A stretch of 64,000 nt of DNA from Mariniblastus sp. (lineage in GTDB: Bacteria > Planctomycetota > Planctomycetia > Pirellulales > Pirellulaceae): assembly GCA_965224765.1 (NCBI GenBank), contig CBDDAC010000029.1, positions 488,039-552,038 of the forward strand. The letters run 5' to 3'. The position numbers and the translations under genes were made by a program. The notes below the pieces were generated by a model, which was not told the DNA's origin, ran no database searches, and saw only the letters and a list, made by a program, of their open reading frames with translations. Below are positions 46,871 through 56,172 of the stretch, piece after piece (the first letter of the stretch is position 1; every line of letters starts with the position of its first letter).

Positions 46871-47571
46871 TGGTCCTTGCTCCTTAAGGCTGCCGCGATA
46901 GCGCGAAGGTGGAATGGATGTTCAGGAATCGTTTTTAACTGGAGATTGGCGAATCCGGATTGCATCGCCAGACCCACAGGTGCCCAGCTTTCCGTTTGTT
47001 CGGCTAGGACATTTTGATTGGACTCAGAAAGTGTTTTCCAGATTTGCGGAGTCTCGCGTAGGGAGCCGTCTTCGCAGCGACCGGCAACCATTTTGAAGTT
47101 GTCAGCGATCGAAGCGGTCTTGTCTTTCGCCACTTGGGAATCGATTGACTCCCAGGCTTTGGTCACCAAATCAAACAGCGGCGATTCTTTAAAGTCCTCA
47201 TCCAAATTGGGATCAGAAGATTGGCCGGGCTGGGACTTGCGAACCGAAAGAGTTCGACGAACTTGCCGAGTAACAATCCGTTCGTTTCGAACCTGCTGAG
47301 CCAACAGGAGAATCGTAATGGGCTTCGTTTGCTCGCAATCGACCGCAAAGATCAATCGCCTCCCCTCGTCGACCTGTTCGTAATCCAGATCGGTTGGCGA
47401 GAGCACGATCCAGAAGGGGGATTCCTCTGGTTGCAGTTGTGCATCAAGCCGTATGAGTTGCCCGGGCGAAACTTCTTTCGGGCCATTGATCTGCAGGGCT
47501 TCGGTTTGCGACCAGGCAAAATTGCACCAGCTGCTGATCAACAAAATCGCGATAAAAGAGAGATGTCTCAT
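46867..47571 (-). CDS. Hypothetical secreted protein (subtilase operon)
   Basis: 234 aa with the signal peptide MRHLSFIAILLISSWCNFAWS. Overlapping stop/start with both flanking genes. Confidence 0.45.
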   Translation of the reverse strand: MRHLSFIAILLISSWCNFAWSQTEALQINGPKEVSPGQLIRLDAQLQPEESPFWIVLSPTDLDYEQVDEGRRLIFAVDCEQTKPITILLLAQQVRNERIVTRQVRRTLSVRKSQPGQSSDPNLDEDFKESPLFDLVTKAWESIDSQVAKDKTASIADNFKMVAGRCEDGSLRETPQIWKTLSESNQNVLAEQTESWAPVGLAMQSGFANLQLKTIPEHPFHLRAIAAALRSKDQ

Positions 47572-47957
47572 TGGGAATTGCTTTCCCCGGCGACATCGCT
47601 CGGTTCTTCCAGCTCTTCTCGAAGAATCGAGCTAGTCGCCGCGATGCCACCAAAAAGTCTGGCAATCAGTTCGATGATTTCAATCAGGGCAGGGCCGTTT
47701 TGCGCGAACCAGTCAAGGAGTTTCAACAGGTTGTCCACAATCGGAGTGCCATCGGAGGTGCGGGAAACCGCGAATCCAAATGCTGCCGTGGGCGACTTGG
47801 TCAGATCATCCATCGTCTGCTCATACGCCATCAAAAAGAAGGTTGGGTCAACAAGCGCCAGCTGGATTAGCTGGCGGTCGTGTGCATCGCTTGAGCGTCT
47901 AAGCTTCCGCAGGCTATAGCGATAAAGGCGTTTTTGAAATCGAGTTCGCTCTTTCAT
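47568..47957 (-). CDS. Hypothetical protein, first gene of the subtilase operon
   Basis: 129-aa ORF, 4-nt overlap with the downstream gene. Divergent from the sigma-factor gene at 48311. Confidence 0.4.
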   Translation of the reverse strand: MKERTRFQKRLYRYSLRKLRRSSDAHDRQLIQLALVDPTFFLMAYEQTMDDLTKSPTAAFGFAVSRTSDGTPIVDNLLKLLDWFAQNGPALIEIIELIARLFGGIAATSSILREELEEPSDVAGESNSQ

Positions 47958-48310
47958 GATCAGGCTCCAGAGGGGTTGTCACGCCAGATTCAGGTCCACA
48001 TGGTTCAGTGCGAATCCGGCACAAAGGATATTCCGTTGCCAGCCAATTCCGTGACAAAAGTTGCCCGAAAGCGGGGCCACAGAATTTGGCAATAAATGAC
48101 AGGTTTTCCACCAATATTTGTCACGAAGAACTTTCCGATTCTTTTTGAAAAGTGGGTCTGCCGAGTGACCTGATGCGTCACCCTAGGTGTACATAATTAC
48201 ACTGGAATGAAACGCGAATGGACGCGGTTTTTTGCGGGGCAGGCGGCCTGTCAAAAAAATGTTTTGTCAAACGACTTGGATGAATTGGTTATCTGTTTGA
48301 GGACATCTCA

Positions 48311-48952
48311 ATGATGTTCGATGACTCAGTTCCCCATTTGAATTTGGCCGAAAGTGGCGACTCAATGATTGCAGTTACAAAGAGCACAAAAGAGCTTGAC
48401 GAGTTAGAGCAAATCCATCGAGAGGCGATCGACGCCGACGCGGATTGGACTCAAATTTGGGAGCTGTTTTACGAAAGTCCCTGGTTCCTCAGACGCCTGG
48501 ATTTCTCTGCGCGAAAGTTGATTCACCGACTGCATTTTCCTATCCAATGGAAAGCCGATGTTAAACAGGAAGCGCTGCTTGTTTTTGCCCGATCAATCCA
48601 ACGTGATTGTTCGCTGGGATTTGACAGCAATCGGGGCAGCTACGGTGCATTCGTCTCTACGATCATCTATCGCTGTTGCCAGAAAGGACTTCGCCAATTC
48701 AATCATTACACCAGGCAGAGAGTTGACGGCGAGCACACCCATCCATTTGAAGATACGACAGAGCAGATGGATGAGCATCTTGACTTGCATTACTGTCTGC
48801 GGCAGTTGCCCGAGCCTTACAAGATGACGGTAATGTTGATTTGCCAAGGCAAATCGATCACGCAAATCGCCCAAAAGACAAAGCGTAGTGTGCGAACGAT
48901 TTACCGTTGGCTGGACAAGGCGACGGAACTACTGCGAGAAACCTGGGATTAG
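48311..48952 (+). CDS. Sigma-70 family (ECF-like) RNA polymerase sigma factor
   Basis: C-terminal region-4 HTH (KSITQIAQKTKRSVRTIYRWLDKATELLRE) plus region-2-like helices. Divergent from the secreted protease operon. Confidence 0.6.
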   Translation: MMFDDSVPHLNLAESGDSMIAVTKSTKELDELEQIHREAIDADADWTQIWELFYESPWFLRRLDFSARKLIHRLHFPIQWKADVKQEALLVFARSIQRDCSLGFDSNRGSYGAFVSTIIYRCCQKGLRQFNHYTRQRVDGEHTHPFEDTTEQMDEHLDLHYCLRQLPEPYKMTVMLICQGKSITQIAQKTKRSVRTIYRWLDKATELLRETWD

Positions 48953-49033
48953 CGGAAACCAAAGTGCCTTTTGTTTTTGCTGTCGCCCATCAGACACACG
49001 ACTTTTTGACAACTTCTTTTTGAGGAAAACGAC

Positions 49034-49489
49034 ATGGTGAAATTTGCCAACCCCCAACCACTTACTGGACTGTCCCTCGGCCACGTTGTTTGGGCCGCAT
49101 TGGAGAAGATCGGTCACAAGCAGATGGAGCCGAACGAACTGGAGCAGGGCAGTAGCCATGAAGTTGCCTTGCACATCCGTGGGAATGTGGATGGTCAGCC
49201 TTTTGAGCAGCAGGTCAACTCGATTCTTTCGATTGGTTTTGAGCAGGAGAAAGCGTCAAGTGTGAACCCTCAGGTTCCTCAGCTGATTGCCTTGATTCTC
49301 AGCAAGCTCAACCGTGCAACACGCAATCGTATTTTGTCCGATATTCCGACCGAGTTTTGTGACAACGAAAACAGCTTGCCTGAGACAAGTCCGGTTTTGG
49401 TTGACGAAGTTGAGCACATGCTCAAGCGTTTGCGTCGCAGCAAGACGGTTCATGCGCGTGGTCCAGTGCGCTGCGAGTATACTCTCTGA
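49034..49489 (+). CDS. Hypothetical protein downstream of the sigma factor
   Basis: 151-aa ORF followed by an intrinsic terminator. There is no recognisable motif; it may be an anti-sigma/partner protein. Confidence 0.4.
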   Translation: MVKFANPQPLTGLSLGHVVWAALEKIGHKQMEPNELEQGSSHEVALHIRGNVDGQPFEQQVNSILSIGFEQEKASSVNPQVPQLIALILSKLNRATRNRILSDIPTEFCDNENSLPETSPVLVDEVEHMLKRLRRSKTVHARGPVRCEYTL

Positions 49490-49578
49490 GTTTAGGAACG
49501 CCGTTTTGGTTTTCCGCAAATAGTCTGTACTTGGTATAGATTCGCTTGACGTTCTTCTTTTTTAGAACGATCAAGTTC

Positions 49579-49628
49579 AAGCCCTCTTTCTGGCATTGCG
49601 CGTGCCGAAAGAGGGCTTTCTTTTTGGT
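49579..49628 (+). terminator. Rho-independent terminator
   Basis: aagccctctttc-tggcattgcgcgtgcc-gaaagagggctt forms a 12-bp stem. It is followed by tctttttgg. Confidence 0.75.
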
Positions 49629-49834
49629 TGGTCCCAAAACAAAAGTTTTTTCTGAAATTTTGGCAGTCATTCGAGATAGATTCGATAGCGGTATTGCCTA
49701 ATTCCGTGAGCTGGGAAGACAATCTTCAATGCGGCAGAAAGTTCGAAGCCTCGATTGATGAAGTTCGAGTAAGTTGGGAACCTGTCGTTGTGCCGAGGAG
49801 TCGGCTTGGGATCAGGAAGGATATATTTGAGGTC

Positions 49835-50326
49835 ATGATGAAAGACTGTCGGTTCTGTTATTCGCAAATTAACCAGCGCGCGAGAATTTGTCCTCAATGC
49901 CACAATCACCTCAGCGTGATGGGATCGTTTCGCGCATTTCTTATTACCGCATTCCCAATTCTGACAGCCATCATCTCATTGGGTTTTGCGTTTTTCGAAA
50001 AGTATGAAAAAAGGCTTGTTCAGACTTCGTTGGCGAAAACTGAAAACCGACTTAAAGTCTCTGAAGTTCAAAATTCTGTTGCCGAAGAGGCCGTTCTGAA
50101 ACTGAGCGCAATCGTTCCACGCATGATGATGAGTCGACGAGATGTGGGGCCGGACGCGGATCCATCCGTCATCGTCAAAACGCTGGAGCAAGAATTGGAT
50201 GAGATCGAATCCAAATTAGCCAACCTGAGCTCAGGAGAGACCGCTAATTTACACGAGGTGAAAAAACTGACTCAACAGAAGTTGGAGTTGGAGTATGGAG
50301 TTTCGTTTTCTCGGTCAAATCAGTGA
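49835..50326 (+). CDS. Zinc-ribbon membrane protein with a C-terminal coiled-coil
   Basis: MMKDCRFCYSQINQRARICPQCHNH (CxxC...CxxC), then a TM helix (AFLITAFPILTAIISLGFAFF) and a coiled-coil. An RBS-like aggaagg lies 15 nt upstream of ATG 49835. ORF 49628..50326. Confidence 0.45.
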   Translation: MMKDCRFCYSQINQRARICPQCHNHLSVMGSFRAFLITAFPILTAIISLGFAFFEKYEKRLVQTSLAKTENRLKVSEVQNSVAEEAVLKLSAIVPRMMMSRRDVGPDADPSVIVKTLEQELDEIESKLANLSSGETANLHEVKKLTQQKLELEYGVSFSRSNQ

Positions 50327-50465
50327 CTTGGTCAGAACATTGGTTTAACTCAGAATCCGTTTTGGTAAATTACTCGAATACGTGTAAGTGGAGCCTATAT
50401 CCGCAACGATAGTGAGATTATTTGTGTCGAGCTCGCCAATTAGCTGATTAAGAAATTGAGAAGGT

Positions 50466-50930
50466 ATGAGTCAAGCTGAACTTCAGGGTCTACTGCGCCA
50501 GATGCCGGTCTTTGGAGGGCTCAGCGATTCAACTTTGCAGTTTCTGATTGAGCGCTCAGAAGAAGTCGTGCTGACTGCGGGCGAGTTTTTCTTCTTAGAG
50601 GGAGATTCGGGCAAGTCGTTTTTTGTCCTTCGTGGCGGCACCATCCAGGTCGAAAAAGACTGGCAAGGTACCATGATTCCGCTGGGCAGGTTGGGGGTTG
50701 GTGATTGTGTCGGTGAAATGGCAATCATTGATCTTCAAGCACGTTCCGCGTCGGTGCGCTGCGAAGTGGATTGCCAGGCGATCGAAATTTCACGTACTGC
50801 GCTTCATCAACTTTATCGACAGGATCTTGAGCAGTACGCGATCATTATGATGAACATGGGCCGGGAAGTCAGTCGTCGGCTCCGCAGCGCATCAGAACGT
50901 TTGTTCGAAATCGAACAGGCATACGGTTAG
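50466..50930 (+). CDS. Cyclic-nucleotide-binding domain protein (CAP/Crp effector-domain family)
   Basis: cNMP-binding beta-roll signatures GEFFFLEGDSGKSFFVLRGG and GVGDCVGEMAIID are present. There is no DNA-binding HTH. Confidence 0.7.
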   Translation: MSQAELQGLLRQMPVFGGLSDSTLQFLIERSEEVVLTAGEFFFLEGDSGKSFFVLRGGTIQVEKDWQGTMIPLGRLGVGDCVGEMAIIDLQARSASVRCEVDCQAIEISRTALHQLYRQDLEQYAIIMMNMGREVSRRLRSASERLFEIEQAYG

Positions 50931-51001
50931 CGCCACACCAATTGGGCTTCAGATTCAGATTGATCTAAAACCGTAAGCTTATGCTCTACCGGAAATGTCT
51001 A

Positions 51002-52390
51002 CTAACATTCGATGACGTTGACAGCCAGTCCGCCGCGAGCCGTTTCTTTGTACTTGGTCTTCATATCGCGGCCGGTGTCTCGCATGGTTTTGATGACTTT
51101 GTCCAGAGAGACAAAATGCTGTCCATCACCACGCAGTGCCAGTCGAGCTGCATTGATGGCTTTGACGCTGGCCATGGCATTTCGCTCGATGCAAGGAACT
51201 TGAACCAGGCCGCCAATGGGATCGCAAGTCAGGCCTAGATTGTGTTCCATGCCGATCTCGGCAGCGTTTTCGACTTGGGCTGGAGTGCCGCCCATGACTT
51301 CGCAAAGTGCACCCGCAGCCATGCTGCAAGCCGAGCCGACTTCGCCTTGACATCCGACTTCTGCACCGCTGATCGAGGCATTCTCTTTGAACAAGGTGCC
51401 GATTGCGGCGGCCGTCAGCAGGAATCGAATGGTACCTTCTTCGCATGCGCCAGAACAATAGTGATGATAAAAGTGGAGAACGGCGGGAATGATTCCGGCC
51501 GCACCGTTGGTTGGCGCAGTGACGACACGTCCGCCTGCCGCATTCTCTTCGTTGACCGCCAATGCCCAGAGGTTGACCCAATCCATGCTCAAAAGGGAAT
51601 TCTCGCCCGACTCAGTTTGCAGGCGGCGATGCATCGGGGCGGCTCGGCGTTTGACTTTTAATCCGCCAGGAAGAATGCCTTCAGTCTTGCAGCCCCGAAC
51701 GACACAAGCTTGCATCACTTGCCAAATTTCGAGTAGCCGTTCTCGAATCTCAGATTCTGGTCGCCAAGCTTTTTCATTTTCCATCATCAATGTACTAATG
51801 GAAAGTCCGTGTTCATTGCAGTGCTCCAATAGCCGAACGGCTGACTTGAATTCAAGTGCGACTGGAGTCTGGTCGGGGACGATGCGATCGGTGCCCGATG
51901 CGGATTCGTCGATGACAAAACCTCCACCGACGCTGTAATACGTTTTCTTGAGATTGGATTCACCGGATTCATTGAATGCTTCCAAAGTCATCGCATTGGG
52001 GTGAATTCCGACCACCTTGCCCGAAAATTTCAGATCCTTCTTGTAGTTGAAGCTGATCTCCCTTTGGCCTGCCAGCAGAAGCTTGCCCATTTCGCAAACC
52101 GTTTTCAGGCGCTCGACAATTTGATCAGGATCAGCGGTTTCGGGGGTAGCGCCTTCGAGACCTGCGACGACTGCCTTGTCACTGCCATGTCCCTTGCCCG
52201 TTGCACCTAGCGACCCAAACAGGGAGGCGGTCAACCGAGTGGTCGATTCTAGCAACTGTTCAGCCACGAGTTGATCGACAAAAATTTTGGCGGCTCGCAT
52301 GGGCCCAACAGTATGTGAGCTGGATGGGCCAATCCCGATGGTGAAAAGTTCAAATACGCTGATGGACATGGTCAACTTCGAAGATTGCAA
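51002..52390 (-). CDS. sdaA: L-serine dehydratase (iron-sulfur-dependent L-serine ammonia-lyase)
   Basis: The N-terminus [24 protein letters not shown] is the SdaA signature. The beta-domain Cys cluster and the alpha-domain (GGG...[11 protein letters not shown]) are present, at full length. Confidence 0.85.
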   Translation of the reverse strand: MQSSKLTMSISVFELFTIGIGPSSSHTVGPMRAAKIFVDQLVAEQLLESTTRLTASLFGSLGATGKGHGSDKAVVAGLEGATPETADPDQIVERLKTVCEMGKLLLAGQREISFNYKKDLKFSGKVVGIHPNAMTLEAFNESGESNLKKTYYSVGGGFVIDESASGTDRIVPDQTPVALEFKSAVRLLEHCNEHGLSISTLMMENEKAWRPESEIRERLLEIWQVMQACVVRGCKTEGILPGGLKVKRRAAPMHRRLQTESGENSLLSMDWVNLWALAVNEENAAGGRVVTAPTNGAAGIIPAVLHFYHHYCSGACEEGTIRFLLTAAAIGTLFKENASISGAEVGCQGEVGSACSMAAGALCEVMGGTPAQVENAAEIGMEHNLGLTCDPIGGLVQVPCIERNAMASVKAINAARLALRGDGQHFVSLDKVIKTMRDTGRDMKTKYKETARGGLAVNVIEC

Positions 52391-52492
52391 ATTGGCGCGA
52401 CAGGATAGGTGGGGCCGCCTGAAATTGTGCAGGCAACTCCACCGCTGGTCGGCTTAGTTTGCTTGGCTCTTCAATTTTTGGCAATCCGAAAA

Positions 52493-53401
52493 TCAGCTTT
52501 GGGGCGAAGTTTCATGTGGGTCAGCGTTGGTCGTTTTTCGGGAAGAACGATAAAGACGACGTAAAACCACAATCGCGATGAACAAACCGATCAAAAAGAT
52601 TAAGAATCCGATAATGTTGGCTACGGCATAAACCGCAAAATTCTCAATGGATCGTCGACAGTTGACCAGTGAAGAAGTCCAAGCTTTGCTGACTCGGTTG
52701 GAAAAGGTCGGCTCCTGAGGCGGCACATAGTCTCGCTCCTCACGAACTGTGATGGTAACGGTCGTCAGAGAGGTTTGGTCCTTCAAGTATCGAAGGCGTC
52801 CTTCCATTCGTTCAATTTCCTCGCGAACTCGAGCCAGTTCGCGTTCAACTTCAAGGACGTTTTTGATTTCGTCATCCCGCTGTTCGAGAAGTTCAATGAT
52901 CCGCGCTTCCAATTTCTTCTTGTTGGTGATTCTCGCTTCGAGGTCAACGAATTCTTCGGTTACGTCCGAGGCCGATTGATTGAGCGAAGCGGGAACGCCG
53001 ATATCACCGACTGCACCAAGGAAGGCATCGTACTCATCGACAGGGATTCGTACGGTCCACGATCCACTCCGCCTTTCACCACGCATGCGCCCCAGGTTGG
53101 CCGACGAAATGAATCCTTGATGAGATTTGACCAGTGCATCAATTTTCTTCTCAACACCATCAAAGAGCTCAACAACAATCTCGACCGACGCGGTGTAAAT
53201 GATCTTGCGTGTTTGGGCGATGGATTTCGACTTTGTCATCCCGTCTTTTGTGGAGTCTGCATCCATGGTATTGGAATCCCAGCCATTGCTTCCCGAAGTT
53301 GATTTATCCATGGATTTTTCGCTCACGGCAAACTGGGCCTTCTCCATGCCACCGCATCCGATTGAGCCGAAAAGCACTAGAAGTAGACAAAATCGCATCA
53401 T
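52493..53401 (-). CDS. DUF4349-like lipoprotein with a coiled-coil and a C-terminal TM anchor
   Basis: Lipobox LVLFGSIGCGG, a central coiled-coil (LEARITNKKKLEARIIELLEQ...) and a C-terminal TM (VANIIGFLIFLIGLFIAIVVL). The architecture is typical of DUF4349. Confidence 0.45.
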   Translation of the reverse strand: MMRFCLLLVLFGSIGCGGMEKAQFAVSEKSMDKSTSGSNGWDSNTMDADSTKDGMTKSKSIAQTRKIIYTASVEIVVELFDGVEKKIDALVKSHQGFISSANLGRMRGERRSGSWTVRIPVDEYDAFLGAVGDIGVPASLNQSASDVTEEFVDLEARITNKKKLEARIIELLEQRDDEIKNVLEVERELARVREEIERMEGRLRYLKDQTSLTTVTITVREERDYVPPQEPTFSNRVSKAWTSSLVNCRRSIENFAVYAVANIIGFLIFLIGLFIAIVVLRRLYRSSRKTTNADPHETSPQS

Positions 53402-53544
53402 GATCTCCCATCCAGAGTTGAATAACCGCTAATTGGAGACGGCCTTTCCCTGATTTGTTCCATCAATAATTTCAATTACCATGAAAAAATGTATACTGCG
53501 GGATTGAAATCAACCAAGAACTGAAGCCTTTCCAGGAGCAAATT

Positions 53545-54105
53545 ATGTCTTCCACGAAACCATTTAACTTGATGAAGTGGATTGAAGAGCATCAACACGA
53601 ATTCAAAGAACCGGTGATGAACCGACAGTTCTATCATGAATCTGAGAATGCGATCGTGTTCGTTTCGCTAGGGCCAAATACACGAAATGACTATCACGTT
53701 AATGCAACGGAAGAACTTTTTTATCAGCTAAAGGGGGATATCGCGGTACGCATTCGCCCTTTGGACGGCACCCCACCCCACGACGTAGTGATTCGCGAAG
53801 GCGAAATGTATTTATTGCCCAAGAATGTTCCGCATCGCCCTCAGCGACCGGCGGATACCATTGGCTTGATCGTCGAGTTTCCCCGGCCCGAAGGCGCCAA
53901 AGATGAGTTGAGATGGTACTGCCCTGACGACATCCACTTGGTTCACAAGGCGGAGTTTCGATTGAAGTACATCGACGAAGACTTACACCGGATCATGGAT
54001 GAATTCTGGAATGGGCCTGTCGATATTCGAACTTGTAAGGAAACGGGAAAGGTCGTTGAGAGGGCAGGGCGGTTTAGCATCGAAGACGCACAGCCCGTCG
54101 CCTAA
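53545..54105 (+). CDS. 3-hydroxyanthranilate 3,4-dioxygenase (cupin)
   Basis: NLMKWIEEHQHEFKEPVMNRQFYHE...DYHVNATEELFYQLKGDIAVRI...IREGEMYLLPKNVPHRPQRPADTIGLIVE matches the HAAO family motif by motif, including the His/Glu metal ligands. Confidence 0.8.
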   Translation: MSSTKPFNLMKWIEEHQHEFKEPVMNRQFYHESENAIVFVSLGPNTRNDYHVNATEELFYQLKGDIAVRIRPLDGTPPHDVVIREGEMYLLPKNVPHRPQRPADTIGLIVEFPRPEGAKDELRWYCPDDIHLVHKAEFRLKYIDEDLHRIMDEFWNGPVDIRTCKETGKVVERAGRFSIEDAQPVA

Positions 54106-54169
54106 GAGCGATTTGGCCAATTCGCGTTCGCGATAGAGAAGTAGAACAAAGCGATTCGCGTACGAATGA

Positions 54170-54600
54170 CTGGCATAGCCGTTATGTTTGGAAACCCGAC
54201 GCGTGAGCGAGGACGTGTCGGGTTCGTCCTCGCTGACGCGTCGGGTTACCATTTCTCAGCTCCAGGTCCCGGTCCTCATGGTCATGGGAGCGATTCTGAA
54301 TGGTTGTTGAATAAACATGCCCACGCGTTGCGAGGAGCATGGCACCCAAGAAATTTTCAGGGCAACTCGTTGGGGCACCCCTCCGCCAAAATTCAACGGA
54401 TGACGTCGCGCCGCGACTCGGGGTTTAGGGTGGAACGTTACCCCAGACTTAAAGTCTGGGGCTAAGGGAAATAGCCGCTCCGCGGCAAATGCATCTGAAC
54501 ATCCACATTTCGTCTGCTTTGGAAACCCGACGCGTCAGCGAGGACGAACTTGGCACGCCCTCGCTGACGCGTCGCGGATGCCATTTCTCACCCAAGGTCC
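54170..54600. repeat. Cluster of intergenic repeats (families D, A-core and C) between convergent genes
   Basis: ggaaacccgacgcgtgagcgaggacg...cgtcctcgctgacgcgtcgggttaccatttctca at 54190-54260 repeats at 54510-54580. catgcccacgcgttgcgaggagcatggcaccc is at 54310. ttaccccagacttaaagtctggggctaagggaaatagccgctccgcggcaaatgca at 54430-54490 matches 39770-39830. Confidence 0.8.
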
Positions 54601-54623
54601 CGGTCTTCGTGATGAGTCGGTTC

Positions 54624-55721
54624 TCAGTTCGTCGATTCCGGAACGCCGATTCGGTCGAGCAGCTTTTTCTTTTCGGCTTCGTCCGAACCACAAAGCCATC
54701 GAACGATATTGTCATTCCACATGGCGTCATGTTCTTGTTCATTGATGATCTTGCGCTCAACGGCCAGGTCGAGAATCTTGCCGGGATAGGAAGACTGCGG
54801 TTCGCTTTCCATCTCTCCCAGTGGATAAGGATCATCTAAACCCAGTAGAACCTGGGAAGCTCCTTGGTTTTCAACCAAAAGTTGGAGTGAGCCCGTGTCG
54901 TGAACCAGAGTGTCAAAAAAGATGTTGGGATGTCCAACGGCTTTACGAGGGTGCTCACGTCCTTCAAATAAGTCGGGGCGTCCATCAAATCCCTGGATGC
55001 GGCGCCCTAAATTAATCTGAGCCAACTGGCCGCCATGCGCGAAACAGGTTCGCATATTGGGAAATTTGTCGGCATAGCCATTGAGAGTCAGAAAATGATA
55101 GGCATCGGCACATTGGGCCAACATCCAGATCAGATGGAATCGCCAAGCGACATTCTCTAGCTTGATAAACTTTTCGCCGTCATAGGGATGAATTTCAACC
55201 GCCAGATTCAAATCGCTAGCCAACTGAAAAATCGGTTCGTTCTCGACATCAAAAATGCATCTCCATGAGCCGATCGTATCCATGTAGTGCGTTGGTAGGC
55301 AAAGCAAGCGCATATCCAATTCTTGCACGCATCTTTCCATTTCCCAGACAGCTCCGCGAACAAAACCTGGGTGGACGACAAAGCCACATGAAAACTTAGT
55401 GGGATGCTCCTTTTGAACTTGGGCATTGAAATCGTTTTGAAAACGAAGGGCCTGCTTCATTTCTTCCAGACGCAGGCCGTTGCCATAAAGTTGCGACAGG
55501 TTCAAGACAACGGCGTGATCGATATCATTTCGTTCCATCCATTCCAATTTTTCGTTGAGGAAAAAGCTTGAGTCGGTGACTGGCCGTTTCCAGCCTTTTT
55601 GCAACATGTACTTTCGTTCTTCATCCACCCAGAAAATCTCTTTTTCCTTCATGAAGTTCGGAATCTCTTCCGGGTAAGGAAGTAAATGGGAGTGGCCATT
55701 GATTCGAAGTTTTCGGTGCAT
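54624..55721 (-). CDS. Amidohydrolase-2 family metal-dependent hydrolase/decarboxylase, ACMSD-like
   Basis: The N-terminus INGHSHLLP (HxH), later His/Asp ligands (AVEIHPYDG, FAHGGQ, LLGLDDPYP), and a 365-aa length are consistent with the ACMSD/LigW family. The gene is convergent with HAAO. Confidence 0.6.
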   Translation of the reverse strand: MHRKLRINGHSHLLPYPEEIPNFMKEKEIFWVDEERKYMLQKGWKRPVTDSSFFLNEKLEWMERNDIDHAVVLNLSQLYGNGLRLEEMKQALRFQNDFNAQVQKEHPTKFSCGFVVHPGFVRGAVWEMERCVQELDMRLLCLPTHYMDTIGSWRCIFDVENEPIFQLASDLNLAVEIHPYDGEKFIKLENVAWRFHLIWMLAQCADAYHFLTLNGYADKFPNMRTCFAHGGQLAQINLGRRIQGFDGRPDLFEGREHPRKAVGHPNIFFDTLVHDTGSLQLLVENQGASQVLLGLDDPYPLGEMESEPQSSYPGKILDLAVERKIINEQEHDAMWNDNIVRWLCGSDEAEKKKLLDRIGVPESTN

Positions 55722-56172
55722 TGCAAGGTTGCCAGAGTGAGTTCGATACGACTAACTGAATTTATACGTTAGGACGTCTGAAGAGTGTAGCAATGCACTT
55801 CAATTTCAGCATCCACCGGCAGCATCCACCAATGACTTGGAGGAACGTATTTTGGTAGGATGGTCGGGGCTGCAGTATCTAGCGATATGATTTGGCAGAG
55901 TTATCAGCGCAATCGAGGATTGAGAGTCTTAAGGATTCACAAGTCATTGTTATCCTATGGGAATTTGAGTTCGAAAAACGCCATGGATTCGTTACAAATT
56001 GGTTTCGATGCCAATGGACTTTAGCGACTAACGAAACTTGACCATTCGTGTTGGCTTGGAGATTGCTGGATTAGCAAAATAAACGCCATATTTGGCAATT
56101 AAGTGTGGCTATTGTACCGCTAGTGGCTAAGAATAAGGCTGCCATTCACCTCGTCCATTTTGAGATCGTTCA

